Shown here: in pieces, positions 21,720-34,386 of the stretch
Layout: the number at the start of each line of letters is the position of its first letter
Position numbering within the stretch: position 1 is the stretch's first letter
NCBI GenBank assembly: GCA_964016885.1
Contig: OZ024743.1
Coordinates: forward strand, 177,072,001-177,136,000
Length of the DNA: 64,000 nucleotides
Direction of reading: 5' to 3'
Source of the DNA: Eledone cirrhosa
Lineage: Eukaryota
Position numbers and translations under genes: made by a program
The notes under the pieces: generated by a model
Database searches by the model: none
The model's input: only the letters and a program-made list of their open reading frames with translations
What the model was told of the DNA's origin: nothing

Positions 21720-22330
21720 GAGACACACACCTGTAACATAGGATTTACAACTGTAAATTGGGATTAACACCTTTATCTTACAGCTAGGAGAGGTAACTTG
21801 GGCTTTTAATTTTATATAATAATGAAAATTATTCTGCATAGTGCTCAGGTGCACTACAATGCTCAGGTGTACTTAAAATACACACCTGTAAATTAAGATT
21901 CATATCTTTATCTTATGGCTAACACCTGGAACTTAGAATTAACACCTTTATCTTATGATAAGTATCTTATGATAAGTATTGGAATTTCCACCAGTATTTT
22001 ATGGTTAATTTGGAATTTACACATTTATCTTAGTCAGGACCTGCATCTTCGTATTCATATTTTTATCTTGTGTTTAGCACCTTTAACTTAGGATTAACAC
22101 ATTTATTTTACAGTTAACACATATAACCTGAAATTTACCGCCTTATCTTATAGTTAATGAGATACCTTCATCTTATGTTCAGCACCTGTAACTTATAGAC
22201 AATATCTTTATCTTAGGATTCACACATCTAACTTTGGATTGGATTCACACCTTTATCTTAAGATTAGCACTGAAAGCATCAATCTTAATCTTATAATTAG
22301 TGCCTGTATGTTAGGATTCATACCTGCCTC
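21720..22330. repeat. Degenerate tandem repeat, roughly 35-bp unit (ACACCTGTAACTTAGGATTAACACCTTTATCTTA-like)
   Basis: Recurrent ACACCTTTATCTTA and CTTAGGATT motifs. Confidence 0.7.
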
Positions 22331-23752
22331 TGTTTTATCAATCTTGAGAATAAGTAGAGACAGTAGCACCTTTTTTTCTTTCTGAGCAATTTATCTTGAT
22401 ATGGTAAGAATGATAATTTAAATTAATCATAACTATACCTGTATTGATGTGAGGTAAACACTGTTGGGCAATATATACAGTGGAACCTCTGTTATTGAAC
22501 TTAAATTATTCCTGAAGGCCATTTGTCACCCGGAATGTTCATAAACTGAAACTAGGTTTGAACAACTTAAACTCTTTTCATACTATATTTCTCAAGAAAT
22601 ACAGTCTATATGTTTCAATTAATTTTGAAAATAATCAAGAATTTGGAAGTATTTAGTAAATTAAGTTTTCCATTAAGCTTATGTTTGAGACATAATTTAA
22701 CAAATGCTTCTTACATAAAATTATGATAGAAGATTATAATTTAGATATGAACACTTTGAAATATAAGATTTTGTATCACAGATCCAGAAGCAGTCTCAAG
22801 CAAAACTCCTTCAAATCACACATTACCCTCTTATTCTTTTTGATACCAATTTTTTTTAAACTGCCCCTGGTTCTAAGATACAAAACTGTTTGTTTTAAAG
22901 TCTTTATGTTGATCTAAAAATCTTCCACCACAACAATTTTATTCAAGAACATTTGTTAAATTATGCTTTAACCCTTTATCATTTACATTACTCTATATTT
23001 ACAATTGTATTTTCATGGCAAAGGTTTTTATCTCATATAATTATTGCACAGTATTGAATCTACGAGATTTTGATATTATCTTTTTTAGAATAATATGTTA
23101 ACATAAGTATGAGCAGCCGGTTATGGCCGGTTTGAACAGAAAGAGGTGAGAAGTTCTGGCTGGATACAGTGGGTTTAAATGCTAAAGAGATAAATGCCAA
23201 CTTAATAATAACAAAGTTAGTTATTTTACTAAATCCCTCCCAATGTTTGATTATATTTAATGTCTTTCATTAGAAATATGGTAACAAAAGGGTTAATAAA
23301 GCACTAAAACAAAATTGGATAGTGTTATCTTAGATATACTGTGTCTCAAAAGAAAAAAAATGGGATGGTCATAACTGGAATGTCTTTTATCAAAAGTCTG
23401 TTCAATCAGGGCTGACAAAAGACTACTTTAACCCTTTTGTTACCATATTTCTAATGAAATCCAAAAATTGCCTTTCATCCTATTAGTGTTGATAAAATAA
23501 AGTACCAGTCAAGAACTGGGGTCAATTTAATTAATTTTTCACTTCCACAAAAATACTGGCCCTATGCCTAAAGTAGAAACCATTATTAAGCTGATGTTTG
23601 GAACAAATCTTAACAAAGGTTCATACATAAAATTATGATGGAAGGCTTTTAGAAAAAATACACATTTCAAAACAAACAGCTTTGTATCAAAGAACCAAGC
23701 GTGGTTTCAGGCAGTTAGGTATTAAAAGGGCTAATAAATTATAAACCATTAC

Positions 23753-23920
23753 CATTTATTTTAACACAGTCTATATGTTTCATTGGACGACATTTACATC
23801 GTTGCTGACTGTCACTGTCCATAACTGTTTGTAAAGATGCACGACAGAAGTCATACAGGCTTTCTGCAGAATCATCGGAATTGTGTCCATTTAATTCTTG
23901 ATTTGGACTCACTCCAGGTA
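23753..23920 (-). CDS. CCDC138: CCDC138-like gene, coding exon 2 (VPGVSPNQE...DCVKIN)
   Basis: TTTCTTTATTTCAG acceptor, GTAATG donor, 168 nt, open, phase 1-1. Confidence 0.7.
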
Positions 23921-23977
23921 CTGAAATAAAGAAATAAACACCAGTAGCATTTAACATACATATATACATATATATAT

Positions 23978-24165
23978 CATCATCATCATCATCATTTCAT
24001 TTTACGTCCGCTTTTCCCTGCTAGCAAGGGTGTGACGGGAACTGATTCTGGCTTGATTTCTACAGCTGGATGCACTTCCTAACACCAACCTCATTTACAG
24101 TGAGTGCTGGGTGCTTTTTTGCCGTGGCACCTCCACGACCACTTTGCAGTGGAATGATAGGGACT
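23978..24165 (-). mobile_element. RTE/SINE shared 3' tail fragment
   Basis: Reverse complement matches about 26000-26175 and the RTE 3'UTR. Confidence 0.75.
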
Positions 24166-24620
24166 TAACGAATGTTAAGTTAACTCAACAAGATATGACT
24201 TAGAGTTTTTCGTTCTCTCTCATTTTCTCTGTCTCCTCTCTCTCTATATATTTCTCTCTCTCTTGTTCTGTTCTTTCTCTCTCTTTCCTTCTCTATCTTT
24301 TTCTTTCTCCGTAACCCAACGGCTTATTTTAAAAATATCCAATACTAATAATATAATAAAGCTATAACTCCACTATCCGGGAGCTTCCAACAGTAATGGT
24401 TGCATTATTTAAGGGTCTGACGCTATGCTTTGCAGCAAAGAGTTACGCCCCTTTATGGTTTGAGTTCAAATCCCGCCGAGGTTAACTTTGCCTTTCATCC
24501 TTACGGGGTCGATAAAATAAAGTACCAGTAATGCACTGGATAATTGCTGGCCTTGTGCCAAAAGTAGAAACAATTATTTAAGGGTATGTCAATATTTATT
24601 TATAAAACTGATCTATATTA

Positions 24621-24725
24621 TATTTTATCTGATGAATGCACACTATAATTTAACTTGGTGTCCTTGAAATATGTATAATGAAATAAATATGGTTTTATAA
24701 ATATAGTTTCCATTTGTTAATATCG

Positions 24726-24774
<49 letters not shown>

Positions 24775-25506
24775 ATAATAATAAAATTGAAGACTAAAAT
24801 CCAAAGAGGGCTCAATAAGGAAAATATATATCAAATATATAAGAACCGTAGAGCAAATATTTATTAAAATAACAGATTAAAGTTTAAGCAAAGAATCGCT
24901 GCTTTCACCCTTAACGGGATCTTCTGAAACTAACAAAGTCAATCTGTAAACGCAGAACTGGATATTTCAAAAAACGTTGCAACCGGAGGAAGACAGGAAG
25001 ACGATACTTTGGTTCGTGGTAACGTTCGCTGGCAAAGAACGGGAAAAAACGAATAATACGTCATTAATAGGAGCGGTGAAAAACAATTACGCGCAAAGAC
25101 AAAACCACATTTATGGTATAAAAGAGGTCGTAGACTAATGTTCTCTTAGGTGGTGCATAGAGACGTTCTCTGGCAATGAACGAAAAAACGAAGATAATAA
25201 GTTATATGTGGAGCGTGGAGAACAAAAGCACGCAAAGACAAAACCACGTTGATTCTTTGCTTAAACTTTAATCTGTTATTTTAATAAATATATATATATA
25301 TATATATGTAGAAGTTATATATAATTTGTTGGAATTCCAACAAACATAAATGTTTATAACTGATATAGAGCACTCAACATTTTACTGGAGTAAATATTCC
25401 AAGATATTAATAAATGGAAACTATATTTATAAAACCATATTTATTTTATTATATATATTTCAAGGGCGACCAAGCCAATCTAGGTGCGCTTTCATCAGAT
25501 AAAATA
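24621..25506. mobile_element. Inverted pair of about 100-bp hammerhead-containing repeats (Penelope-like pLTRs) enclosing a nested TIR element (about 24858-25290)
   Basis: 24621-24723 is the imperfect reverse complement of 25404-25506. Inner 40-bp inverted repeat TATTTATTAAAATAACAGATTAAAGTTTAAGCAAAGAATC. Confidence 0.65.
25442..25506 (-). ncRNA. Minimal type I hammerhead ribozyme motif
   Basis: TATTTTAT-CTGATGA-stem II-GAAA-TATATA-TA-ATAAAATA: 8-bp stem I, intact core, palindromic stem III loop. Confidence 0.7.
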
Positions 25507-25520
25507 CAAAATTTGTGTGC

Positions 25521-25571
<51 letters not shown>

Positions 25572-25838
25572 TTGTAATAAAATGAAAACGAAATTTCATT
25601 TCTCACTCTTAGTACGGCACTTACTTAAATGAAAGTATGTATGTATACGTACATACATATATGTATACAGACGTACAGTAGCATGCATATATATATATAT
25701 ATACACATATATACATACAGGTACACATACATATATGTACGCATTAGTTTAGCGGACGCTTATTATAGCGCCCGCTTTGTTCGTTTGTAAACAGACTGAA
25801 CAGTATACATATATATATATATATATATATATATCTCA

Positions 25839-26180
25839 TGGAGGCACATGGTTTAGTGGTTAGAGCATTGGCCTTGCAATCGAAAGGTTGTGAGTTCAAT
25901 TCTCAGACCGGGTGATGTGTTGTTTCCTTGAGCAAGACACTTTATTTCACATTGCTCCAGTTTACTCAGCTGTAGAAATGAGATGATAGGGACTGGGGTC
26001 CCTATCATTCCACTGCAAAGTGGTTGTGGAGGTGCCACGGCAAAAAAGCACCCACCACTCACTGTAAATGAGGTTGATGTTAGGAAGGGCATCCAGCTGT
26101 AGAAATCAAGCCAAAATCAGTTACCGTCCCACCCTTGCAGGCAGGGAAAAGCGGACGTAAAATGATATGAAATGATGATA
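25839..26180 (+). mobile_element. tRNA-derived SINE with RTE-derived 3' tail
   Basis: A box TGGTTTAGTGG, B box GAGTTCAATTC, CCTTGAGCAAGACACTT core, 3' end shared with the RTE copies. Confidence 0.8.
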
Positions 26181-26184
26181 TATC

Positions 26185-26215
<31 letters not shown>

Positions 26216-27004
26216 ATCATATATAAACATTATTTAACATCAATTTTCATTATTGGCAAAGGTTGGATAGCCCATTACTGACCAGTTTAGTACTTAATCA
26301 TAGCTACTGACTTTTCAGATTGGCTAGAATCCACATTTCGCTTTCATACACTCTATACTTTATAAAGTGCACTACATGCATTTCATCATGACACCAACAC
26401 TAGCAGGTTGTCCTTCTGATGACATATATTCTCTAAATAGGAGACTCAACAGCAACAAGTATTATAAGGCCACTTTTCTCTGCTAAGCTGGGATTAGCCT
26501 TGTAGACTCATCAAAGTCCCATCATGGAGTCCTTATGGATGCAATGTTTTACGGTTTGAAGCCTCTCCTAGCAAAAACCATTTAGTCATCTCTTATCACA
26601 TGCAGGGAGACACTGTAACTCTTCTAAACCAGATACACAGTAGAAAGTAAAAAAATAAAAATAATTGGGAAACTGCTTTAGAGGATCAAAATGGTAGTCT
26701 ACTCCCTCAACAATACAACAGAAAATCTATGAGGCATGTAGGAGATTGAGATTCCAAAGTATGTTTGTGCTATCAAGTAATGAACCATAACACATGAATT
26801 AGCACTATAAAATAGTTTTGAATAAATTGTTGGTGGACAATTATCTACTCTCCTTCACCTGGTGGGATTATAGTCCTGACTTATACACAACTATTCCATA
26901 GTGATAATTCATGCCACAAAGTTGTTTTTTTTAACATTAGTCCTCAACATTAGAGGATCTGGGACATTGAAAAATAAGAGAATAAAGAATGAAATTCTCC
27001 TTAC

Positions 27005-27029
27005 CAATATGATTGTCTCTGGTTGCCAT
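27005..27029 (-). CDS. CCDC138: CCDC138-like gene, putative first coding exon (MATRDNHI; whole exon 27044-27005)
   Basis: TTTTCTTGTTTCAG acceptor, Kozak-like GCCATGG, GTAAGG donor in phase 1 matching exon 2. Confidence 0.6.
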
Positions 27030-27299
27030 GGCAAAGCAAAGTAACTGAAACAAGAAAATAAACAAACAACTACTTAATTTTATAGGCCATAACATCTAAG
27101 AGATGTTGAATTGTGTTTCAAATGAGTTGGGGAATTCCTTTGTGCCAGGTGGCCTGAATCCTTCCATTTTTAACCCTTTCATGCCATATTTCATATAATC
27201 AAGAACTTGAAGGGATTTAATAACATGACTTTCTCATTATTAAGTTGGAGTTTGGAGCATAAAGTAAATTTATGATGGAATGTTTTTAGATAAATATAA

Positions 27300-28975
27300 A
27301 CATTGAATTAACCTAGATGAGATGCAGTTCGGATTTGCGCTAAGAAAAAGTATGCCAGATGCCCTCGTCCTTGTAAGGCAACTGCAGAAGTATCTAGCAA
27401 AAAGTAATGCCCTATACTTGGCATTTGTTGACCCGGAGAAAGCTTTTGACAAGGCCCTTCATTCTGTAATTTAGTGGGCACTTAGGAAAGTAGGAGTGGA
27501 ACAGTACAAGCCATGTACAGAGGTGAGTCAGCAAAGCTAAAATGAATAATGACTAGAGCAAGGATTTTAGTATGCAAGTTGGGGTCCATCAGGGCCCCAT
27601 CCTTAGCCCTCTACTACTTATTATCACCCTCCAGGCTATAACAGAAGAGCTTAAAACAAGATGCCCTTGGGAACTCTTGTATGCTGATGATCTAACCATT
27701 ATAGATGAAGCTACGGCAGGACTAGAGAAAACATTCCTGACTTGGAAGCATAACCGGGAATCAAAAGGTCTTAAAGACAACTTAGCAAAGACGAAATTTG
27801 TAGTAAGTAGTAAGGAAAACAAGGTTTGATCCCTTCTGGGAAATGGCCCCATTCAGTGTGTAGGAAAGGGGAGGATAGAAATTCCATCCTCTTTCCCAAA
27901 TGCAAACTATGGGTACACAAGGGATGTAACGGGATCTTGGGTAGGCTAGCAAAGAACACAGGTTTTACATGTGGACATTGCACAGGAAACAAGCTCTATC
28001 AAATTCTTAGAGGGTTCCATAGAGGCAGTTGACAGTTTCTGTTACCTGAGTGACCAAATTAGCAGTGAAGGCGGGTGTTCCAAGAGTAGAGTAGGCAGAG
28101 GGAGAATGGGATGGAGAAAATTCAGGGTGCTACTACCGTTGCTAGCTACAAAAGTATTTTCCCTCCAAATGAAAGACAGCATGTATACAAACTACAAAGC
28201 TGCATGGCAGTTAGACATGGACACTGTATGCAAAGGACCTATGTAGATTGTAAAGAAATGAAGCTTACACACTCCAATAAATGTGTAATAGTAATGATTA
28301 TGCAAAGCATAAATGAACTGAAAGAGAAACTGGGCATAAGAGGGATCAGATGCAGTGTGCAGGAGAGGAGACTGTGGAGGTATGGACATGTGATGCATCT
28401 GAAGAAAAAGGTGCAAGGCACTCAAGGATGATGGAAATTATGGAGTAGGAAGACCTAGGAAGACTAGGGATGAGGTGATAAAGGCTGACCTTGCACAATT
28501 GCACCTCTCAAAGGTGTTGACATAAGACCAAGATCCCTGGAGTTATGCAGTAATACAGAAGACCTGCCTTCTCATGTATGCAAGTTGAAGCATACATCTA
28601 GTATACACCACCTTCTCCTCCCTCTCTCTTCTATACACCTCCCACCCTTCACCAGATAAGTCTCCCACCCTAGTCAAGATCTACCTCTCCAATGTCCACC
28701 CCAGCCCCCAGTCCACACTGTAAAGTGGTTGTTTTGGCGCCTGAACATTAAGCATCAAGTCTACACTGTAAAGTGGTCATGTAGGTCACACAACAAAAAG
28801 TACCCAGTACCCACTTTAAATGTGGTTGGCATTAAGAAGAGCATCCAGCTGTAGAAACCAAGCCAAAATCAGTCCTGTATGAGCAAGATGCAGTCATCTG
28901 ATCTGGCTTGTCTAAAAGGGACAACTTGTTTAACCAATGCTTGTGTGGAAAAATGGACGTTAAATGATGATGATA
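27300..28975 (+). mobile_element. Old, degenerate RTE LINE (RT domain to 3' end)
   Basis: AFVDPEKAFD, GVHQG..LSPLL, ELLYADDL and YGHVM motifs in broken frames; same 3'UTR and GAT tail. Confidence 0.85.
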
Positions 28976-29999
28976 AACACTTAAAAAAACAGCTTCGTAT
29001 AGTAGAGCCATGGTTGGTTTCAGAAGGATTAATACTGTATGTGATTTGAGAGATTTGGCTACTATTTCTAACATGTCAAGCAACTGCAAAAATATGAAAT
29101 AAAATTTTCGTTTTTTCATATTTCTGTCAGAGTATCTGATGAGGGGCCACTTTGGAAGAGCCTCCTCCACTATACAGTGGTGGCCATAACTGGACCCTGA
29201 AATCAATAGTCACACATACTTGTAAAGTGTATGAAACTTTATTTATACTAAATAAGCTCTCTTGCAATAGACTGAGCATTGTTTTCCTTTACATTTTATC
29301 TATGGATATTCTGCATACATCATCATCATTAGCGGCCATTTTCCTTGCTAGCAAGAGTTGGATGGGTCTACATAGACCAAGTCAATACTGAAGTGGTGCT
29401 ACTGACCCATCAGACAGGTTGAGGGGCCTATATCCTGCTTACATATGGTCATATTGAGTGCAGAGAAGTTGTCATATCTTTTGACAGAAACTAAAGGATC
29501 TTCTTAATTCCTTGTTTGTCAAGCTTTCTATGACTGGATACCCTTCCTAACACCAACCACTTTACAGCATGTACTGGGTACTTTTATTGTTTAGATCACC
29601 ACCACTACTGGGGCTGTATATACATGTATATCCTCATTCAAATATACTTTAGGGGTGCAAAATCTTGTGTTACTTCATATTTTGTTGACTATTTTGTTTT
29701 GTTTCATCAGCAGAGGTGTCTTTTGTCATGGTCGTGTTCTCATACAGATGTTATCGTTTTTGTCATTTTGTTATTTAGAAAATAAAAAAAAATGTGATCG
29801 AACATGCTGAAGTTCTAGTCGTGACAAAATAAAAACAAACAAAAACTTGAAAAATGACGAATTGTATGTATCCCACCCCCTTCACGCACACACACCCCTT
29901 GTGTATCCAGTCCGTTTAATGTCCTCTCATCCGTTGTCCTTCTTGTGACAAAGAAGTATTGGAGATTTGAACTCAGAGAGTAAAAGGCTTACAACATTT

Positions 30000-31100
30000 A
30001 TTTCCAGCTCTTTACGTTCAGAGTTCAAGCCCCCGTCAAGGTCAACTTTGAATTTCAGTCCTCTGGGTTCGATAAAATAAAGTACCAGCGAAGTACAGGT
30101 TCGGTTTAAGCGAACCCCCCCCCCCCCCCCCACAAAGCTGCTGGCCTTGTGCTTAAATTAAGAACCATTATCATTATTATTATTTAAAATAAAGTACCAG
30201 TAATGTACTGGTTTTTGCTGGCCTTGTGCCAAATGTAGAAACAATTATTTAAGGGCGGTGGATTGGCAGTATCGGTAGAGAGTCGGACGCTATGCTTTGA
30301 CGCATAGAGTTACGGCCCTTGCCATTCTGAGTTTGAATCCCGCCGAGGTTAACTTTGCCTTTCATCCTTATGGGGTCGATAAAATAAAGTACCAGTAATG
30401 CACTGGTTAATTGCTGACCTTGTGCCAAGAGTAGAAATAATAATTATTATTTAAGTTATGTATTATTATTATTTGAGTTCAAATGCTGCTGAAGTCGACT
30501 CTATCTTTCTGCCTTCTAGGTTCCATAAAATATAGTACCAGTAAAGTACTGGAATCGGTAAAATGGTCCCACCCTTTAAAAAAATGCTGTTTTTGTGCCA
30601 AAATTAGAAACTATTAACGGACTGAGTTCAAATCCCGCCGAGGTTAACTTTGCCTTTCATCCTTTCGGGGTAGATGAAATAAAGTACCAGTAATGTACTG
30701 AATAATTGCTGGCCTTGTGCCAAAAGTAGAAACATTTATTATTCTTTAGCAGAGATGTAAGATGTAAATATAGAGTTATGGCCCTTTACGTTTTGAGTTC
30801 AAATTCCGCGGAGGTTAGCTTTGCCTTTCATCTTTACGAGGTCGATAAAATAAAGTACGAGTAACGCACTGGGATAATTGCAAGTCTTGTGCCAAAAGTA
30901 GACAACATTATTATTATTTGGCAGAGATGTAAGAACGTCGAAGAAAGACTTCGTAGTATTTGTTCCGCTTCTTTGTTCTGAATTTATGATCCCATCCAAG
31001 ATCAACTTTGCTTTTTATATTTCCAAGATCGATAAAATAAAGTACCAGTCAAGAACTGGGGCCGATATGATCAACTTTCCCTTCTACATTTCACCCCCCC
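30000..31100 (+). mobile_element. Head-to-tail cluster of about 7 Nin/Deu-like SINE copies (complete copy 30253-30450)
   Basis: A box TGGCAGTATCGG, B box GAGTTTGAATCCC, repeated cores, ATT tails. Confidence 0.85.
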
Positions 31101-31226
31101 CCCCCCAAAAAAAATTATTATTATATTTTATTTCTAGCATATATTTATAACTTGACGTAGAATTCAAAAGTTAACTTAAACCCAAGTCGCAAAAGTTGTA
31201 TATAGAACACAGAAAGACGTGTATTT

Positions 31227-31352
31227 ACTTACTGTGTGCTATAACATCAGGGTAACATTAGAAGACCAAGGAACCAGCTGAAACTTAACAAACAACAAAT
31301 AATTTGGCATCAAAACTTAAAAGCTCAGTCGTCATGTGTTTTGAATTTCCCT
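31227..31352 (-). promoter_or_regulatory. Candidate non-coding first exon and promoter of the CCDC138-like gene
   Basis: GTAAGT donor at 31232-31227 in unique sequence upstream of the 27045 acceptor; TTTGAATTTCCC (CHR/E2F-like) at about 31340-31351. Confidence 0.35.
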
Positions 31353-32044
31353 TAACAACAGATATGAAAGGAGCTAGTACATAAGTTTAAAATCAGCCGC
31401 AGCTACGTATTAAAACAGGTGGGAGATGAAGCTTAATTAGTTTATGTTGATAATTCAAATAGTGTCAAATAAATATATACATATATATATTAGGTCTGAA
31501 CATAATGGAATCAAATTCCCCTTGTCACTGCCTCTGTCTCTCTTTCCCTTCCCATCTCTCACTAAAGCCCTCTACGTCGTGGCTGACATTCACCACCTCC
31601 GACTTAGACGTGTTGACCTCCTATCCGATTCTCACCAGAGCAAGAACCACCGATCGCAGGTCGTGGTAGACAGTCTCCACGGCCAGTTGTTGAAGTAAAT
31701 CAAATTATAAAAAAATCAAATTCATTATGACACTGAATCTGTGTACATAAGAATAAATAAGTTACAGTTTTTCCTTGTTTATTCGTATTTATTTACATTT
31801 TCGGCCTAAAACAAGTGAAGTTATCGGCCCTGTCGAATGCCTGGTCCACACGGAAAGTTAGCTTAAGTAAGCTATTAGTTTACACCCTTACATCGACGAG
31901 AAAAATACAATAAAGGAAGAGAAAAGAAGTAAACCCAATGCTGTATTAACGTAAAATAGTTAAGTAACAATAAATACGGTGGATAAGATAGTTGTTCAAG
32001 TCTAGTGTTTCGCTAATATATATTTTATTGATCAGCTTGATCAG

Positions 32045-32758
32045 GGCACTACAACGCTATTAGCTGTCAGTCGAAAGCAGCCGATGAAAGCAAAACATCG
32101 TTTATTTCCGTATTACTACCACGCGTAAGTGGAGTTAAAGCATATAGAATGAAAATATCACGCGTTTTTTTTTTTTTTTTTTTATAGGTGGCCCTTAAAA
32201 GGGCCAAATTAGAAAACAAGTTTATGGTTATCAAATTTTTTTCACCAACCCTTTATGACGAAATGTTTAGAAAACAATTTTTTTTCACCAACCTTATTCA
32301 AAAGCATGCATACAGTCCTCATGGAGACAAGAGACAGTACCCATGGAGATTGATGGTATCTGCTGTAGTAGCGGTAGCGATGGAAAGTTCGCGATGGTTA
32401 ATTCCATTAGCAATTTAACCCTTTTAAGGGCCACCTATATTTTCATTTAAGTTAACTCCACTGTTGGTGAAAATGACTTGTTTTCTACATTGATAACCAT
32501 GACTATGAAAATATAGTTCCTGTTATTAGCTGTCAGAAGTAATTCCACTGTTGGTGAAAATGACTTAAATTTGTTTTCTATATTTTCAATTAAGTAACTC
32601 CACTTACATCGATATGCTTTAATAAAAAAAATAAAAAACGCGTGAAAACTCCACTTACGCGTGGTAGTAATACGGAAATAAACGATGACGAATGACGTCA
32701 CCTTCACCTGCTTTCATCGGCTGCTTTCACGACTGACAGCTAATAGCGTTGTAGTGCC
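32045..32758. mobile_element. Non-autonomous DNA transposon with about 90-bp TIRs (GGCACTAC...GTAGTGCC), possibly Merlin-like
   Basis: TIRs seen directly. Termini fit GGNRM; flanks TTGATCAG and GAAATCAG may be a decayed 8-bp TSD; subterminal repeats inside. Confidence 0.7.
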
Positions 32759-34386
32759 GAAATCAGAAACGTAATAATGTACTTTCTGTAATTCTCGATA
32801 AAGCATTAATTTGTCATATTGTTTAGATTGTCAGAAAGTGTTTTAATAAAACGTGTAATGGAAAGAATCGCTGGACAGATTTTACGGGCAAAACCCAAGG
32901 GTAGACTCCGAGAAAAATGGCTGGATAACATCCATGAGCTCGGCTAGTCTCACTTGAGGATTCAGTTGGAGGCGGTTGCTTCTGACAGGACCAGCTGGAA
33001 GGAGTGCTTGAGGACTCTGCTCCAACGACCCCCCTCATGAATAAGTGGGCGAAGAAAAAGATTGCCAGAAAATGTTTTAATAAAACGTGTAATGAAAATA
33101 ACTCTATAATTATAAATAAGAGTTACTTCCCTTGCAAATTTTCTTTTGCGGTATGTGGCTATATTATATTTAAGCTGCACCATTCTTTGCAGCTTAGAGT
33201 TACGGTCCTTTACGGTCTGAGTTCAAATTCCGCCGAGGTTAACTTTGCCTTTCATCCTTTCGGGGTCGATAAAATAAAGTACCAGTATTGCACTGGAATA
33301 ATTTCTGGCCTTGTGCCAAAAGTAGAAACAATTATATTTAAGCTGCACACATACGCACATGCTCGTGTATACACACACATGCATACATACACACATACAT
33401 ACACACACATATACACACACATACATATATACACGCACACTACACTCCTCACCAATAAAGAGAGCAAAATAAAATGCAAATGATGTTTGGCGACAGTACA
33501 AAGAGAACTCTTCAATTCAACTTCATTACCTTCAAACAAGAATAGAGAGCTGTCAGCGAGAAACCCCGAAATCAGAAGAGCGTGACTAAAAGGAAAATTA
33601 TTAATAAAATATTCAGCCGAAACCAAACTTCAATTTATAGAAGTATGAGACGCAAATCACTAAATATCCCAAAAAGGCATAGACTCCTTCTGGAGGAAAA
33701 TATGGGTGTAGAAATGAAGTACAACTAAGTCGAAGTCTTGTTTAAAGATATCCGAACGAAATATTGCCCATGAGCTAATGACGATTCTACAGATACGGCT
33801 GGTTCAGCGAGTATCTCATGCCGTCCTCCGAGGCTATGCATTCTTCATCCTATCGGCCGGGACCCAAAGGCGGAGGGCAAATTAGTTGGTGATGGAGGAT
33901 ACTGGTTCGGAAGTCACTTCCACATATTTATTCAATTAGTTCTACTTGAAAGTACCATGTGAAATAAGTACTGTAGCCTGAGTCTTTCTTAACTAGCTAA
34001 CTCTATACCATTTCTCCCCAGGCTTATCTATAACCTTTTTACCTAGGTCCACCCTGGCCATATATTTAGATTTGTAGCTGTGATAATTGGGGCTCTGGTA
34101 TATGTTAGTAACTGCCTCAGTGCAAACATCGAGAAGCTGGGCTTCACAGAACCAGAAAAGCACGGCTAGTTAGGAAGTTGCAAGAACATTCCATTAATGG
34201 AACAGTAAAAATATGTAAAACATTTCAGAAACTCAGCATGTAATGACTAATATATATATAGAAACATAAACATGCATGTATACACATATAACTCAAAATA
34301 TATTGATCGACACATGCAATATATTCTATACCTATACAAAGGTACACACAAGCGCATACAGAAATACATACATATTTACCGAGATC

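Noticed and set aside
25839-25915. tRNA genes at SINE heads
   Set aside because: A and B boxes are present but there is no intact cloverleaf, and they run into SINE bodies.
32187-32439. Histone gene or pseudogene
   Set aside because: Only the stem-loop motif is present; no histone-like translation seen.
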